From positions 1-32,895 of the forward strand of contig NW_021832741.1 in NCBI RefSeq assembly GCF_006345805.1: DNA of 32,895 nt, given 5' to 3'. Source of the stretch: Octopus sinensis (taxonomy: Eukaryota). This document shows, one piece after another, positions 32,496-32,895 of the stretch. Each line of letters begins with the position of its first letter. The first letter of the stretch is position 1. A program made the translations under genes and the position numbers. A model generated the notes under the pieces. It was given only the letters and a program-made list of their open reading frames with translations, made no database searches and was not told the origin of the DNA.

Positions 32496-32895
32496 GATTT
32501 TCGTGTAATGAATTCCTCATAAATCCTAATTAATATTGATATCACATTATTTTCTTCGTGTTTTATGTATTGCTTTAACTATCATAAAATAGTTTTTATT
32601 TTCGTTCATCTCTTCTCCACTCCAGTCGAAAAAATTGGCTAGACTAATTACCGCCTACCCTGTGAAGCACTGTGGGTCGATTACCGAATGTACAATTATT
32701 ATGCATATGTGTGTATGCATGAGTGTATTGCGTATGTATGTATTTATACATATGAAATATCTATGTATGTATGAATGTATACATATAGCATATCTATGTA
32801 TGTATGTATTTATACATATATATATAGTATATTGTATACATATGTGTGTATGTATGTATGTATGCATGTATGTATGTATGTATATATGTATGTAA

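Overview
AT-rich eukaryotic, apparently non-genic window with no host protein-coding gene I can support and no prokaryotic, CRISPR or rRNA features. The tRNA-headed SINE families and very high (TA)n/(TATG)n/(AAT)n microsatellite density resemble an octopus (cephalopod) genome; this is my recollection, not a database result. Most of the window is nested, decayed retroelements: seven R4/Dong-like (RT + REL endonuclease) non-LTR fragments, two internally deleted Tx1-like (L1 superfamily) LINEs, Penelope-like pieces, three tRNA-derived SINE types, a foldback MITE and a hAT end. Best leads: (1) a 126-bp palindrome holding a hammerhead ribozyme motif on each strand, plus two degenerate hammerheads; (2) a Tx1 LINE whose 5' end is a tRNA-derived SINE head and whose 3' tail resembles that of a different SINE; (3) two R4/Dong lineages that sort with different microsatellites, (AAT)n versus (CATA)n; (4) a twin-priming-type 5' inversion in an REL element; (5) a 556-bp non-coding element embedded in AAT repeats. 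All translations and alignments were done by eye. Unless stated as exact, boundaries are approximate to about 10-30 bp. Most ORFs in the supplied track are microsatellite artefacts.
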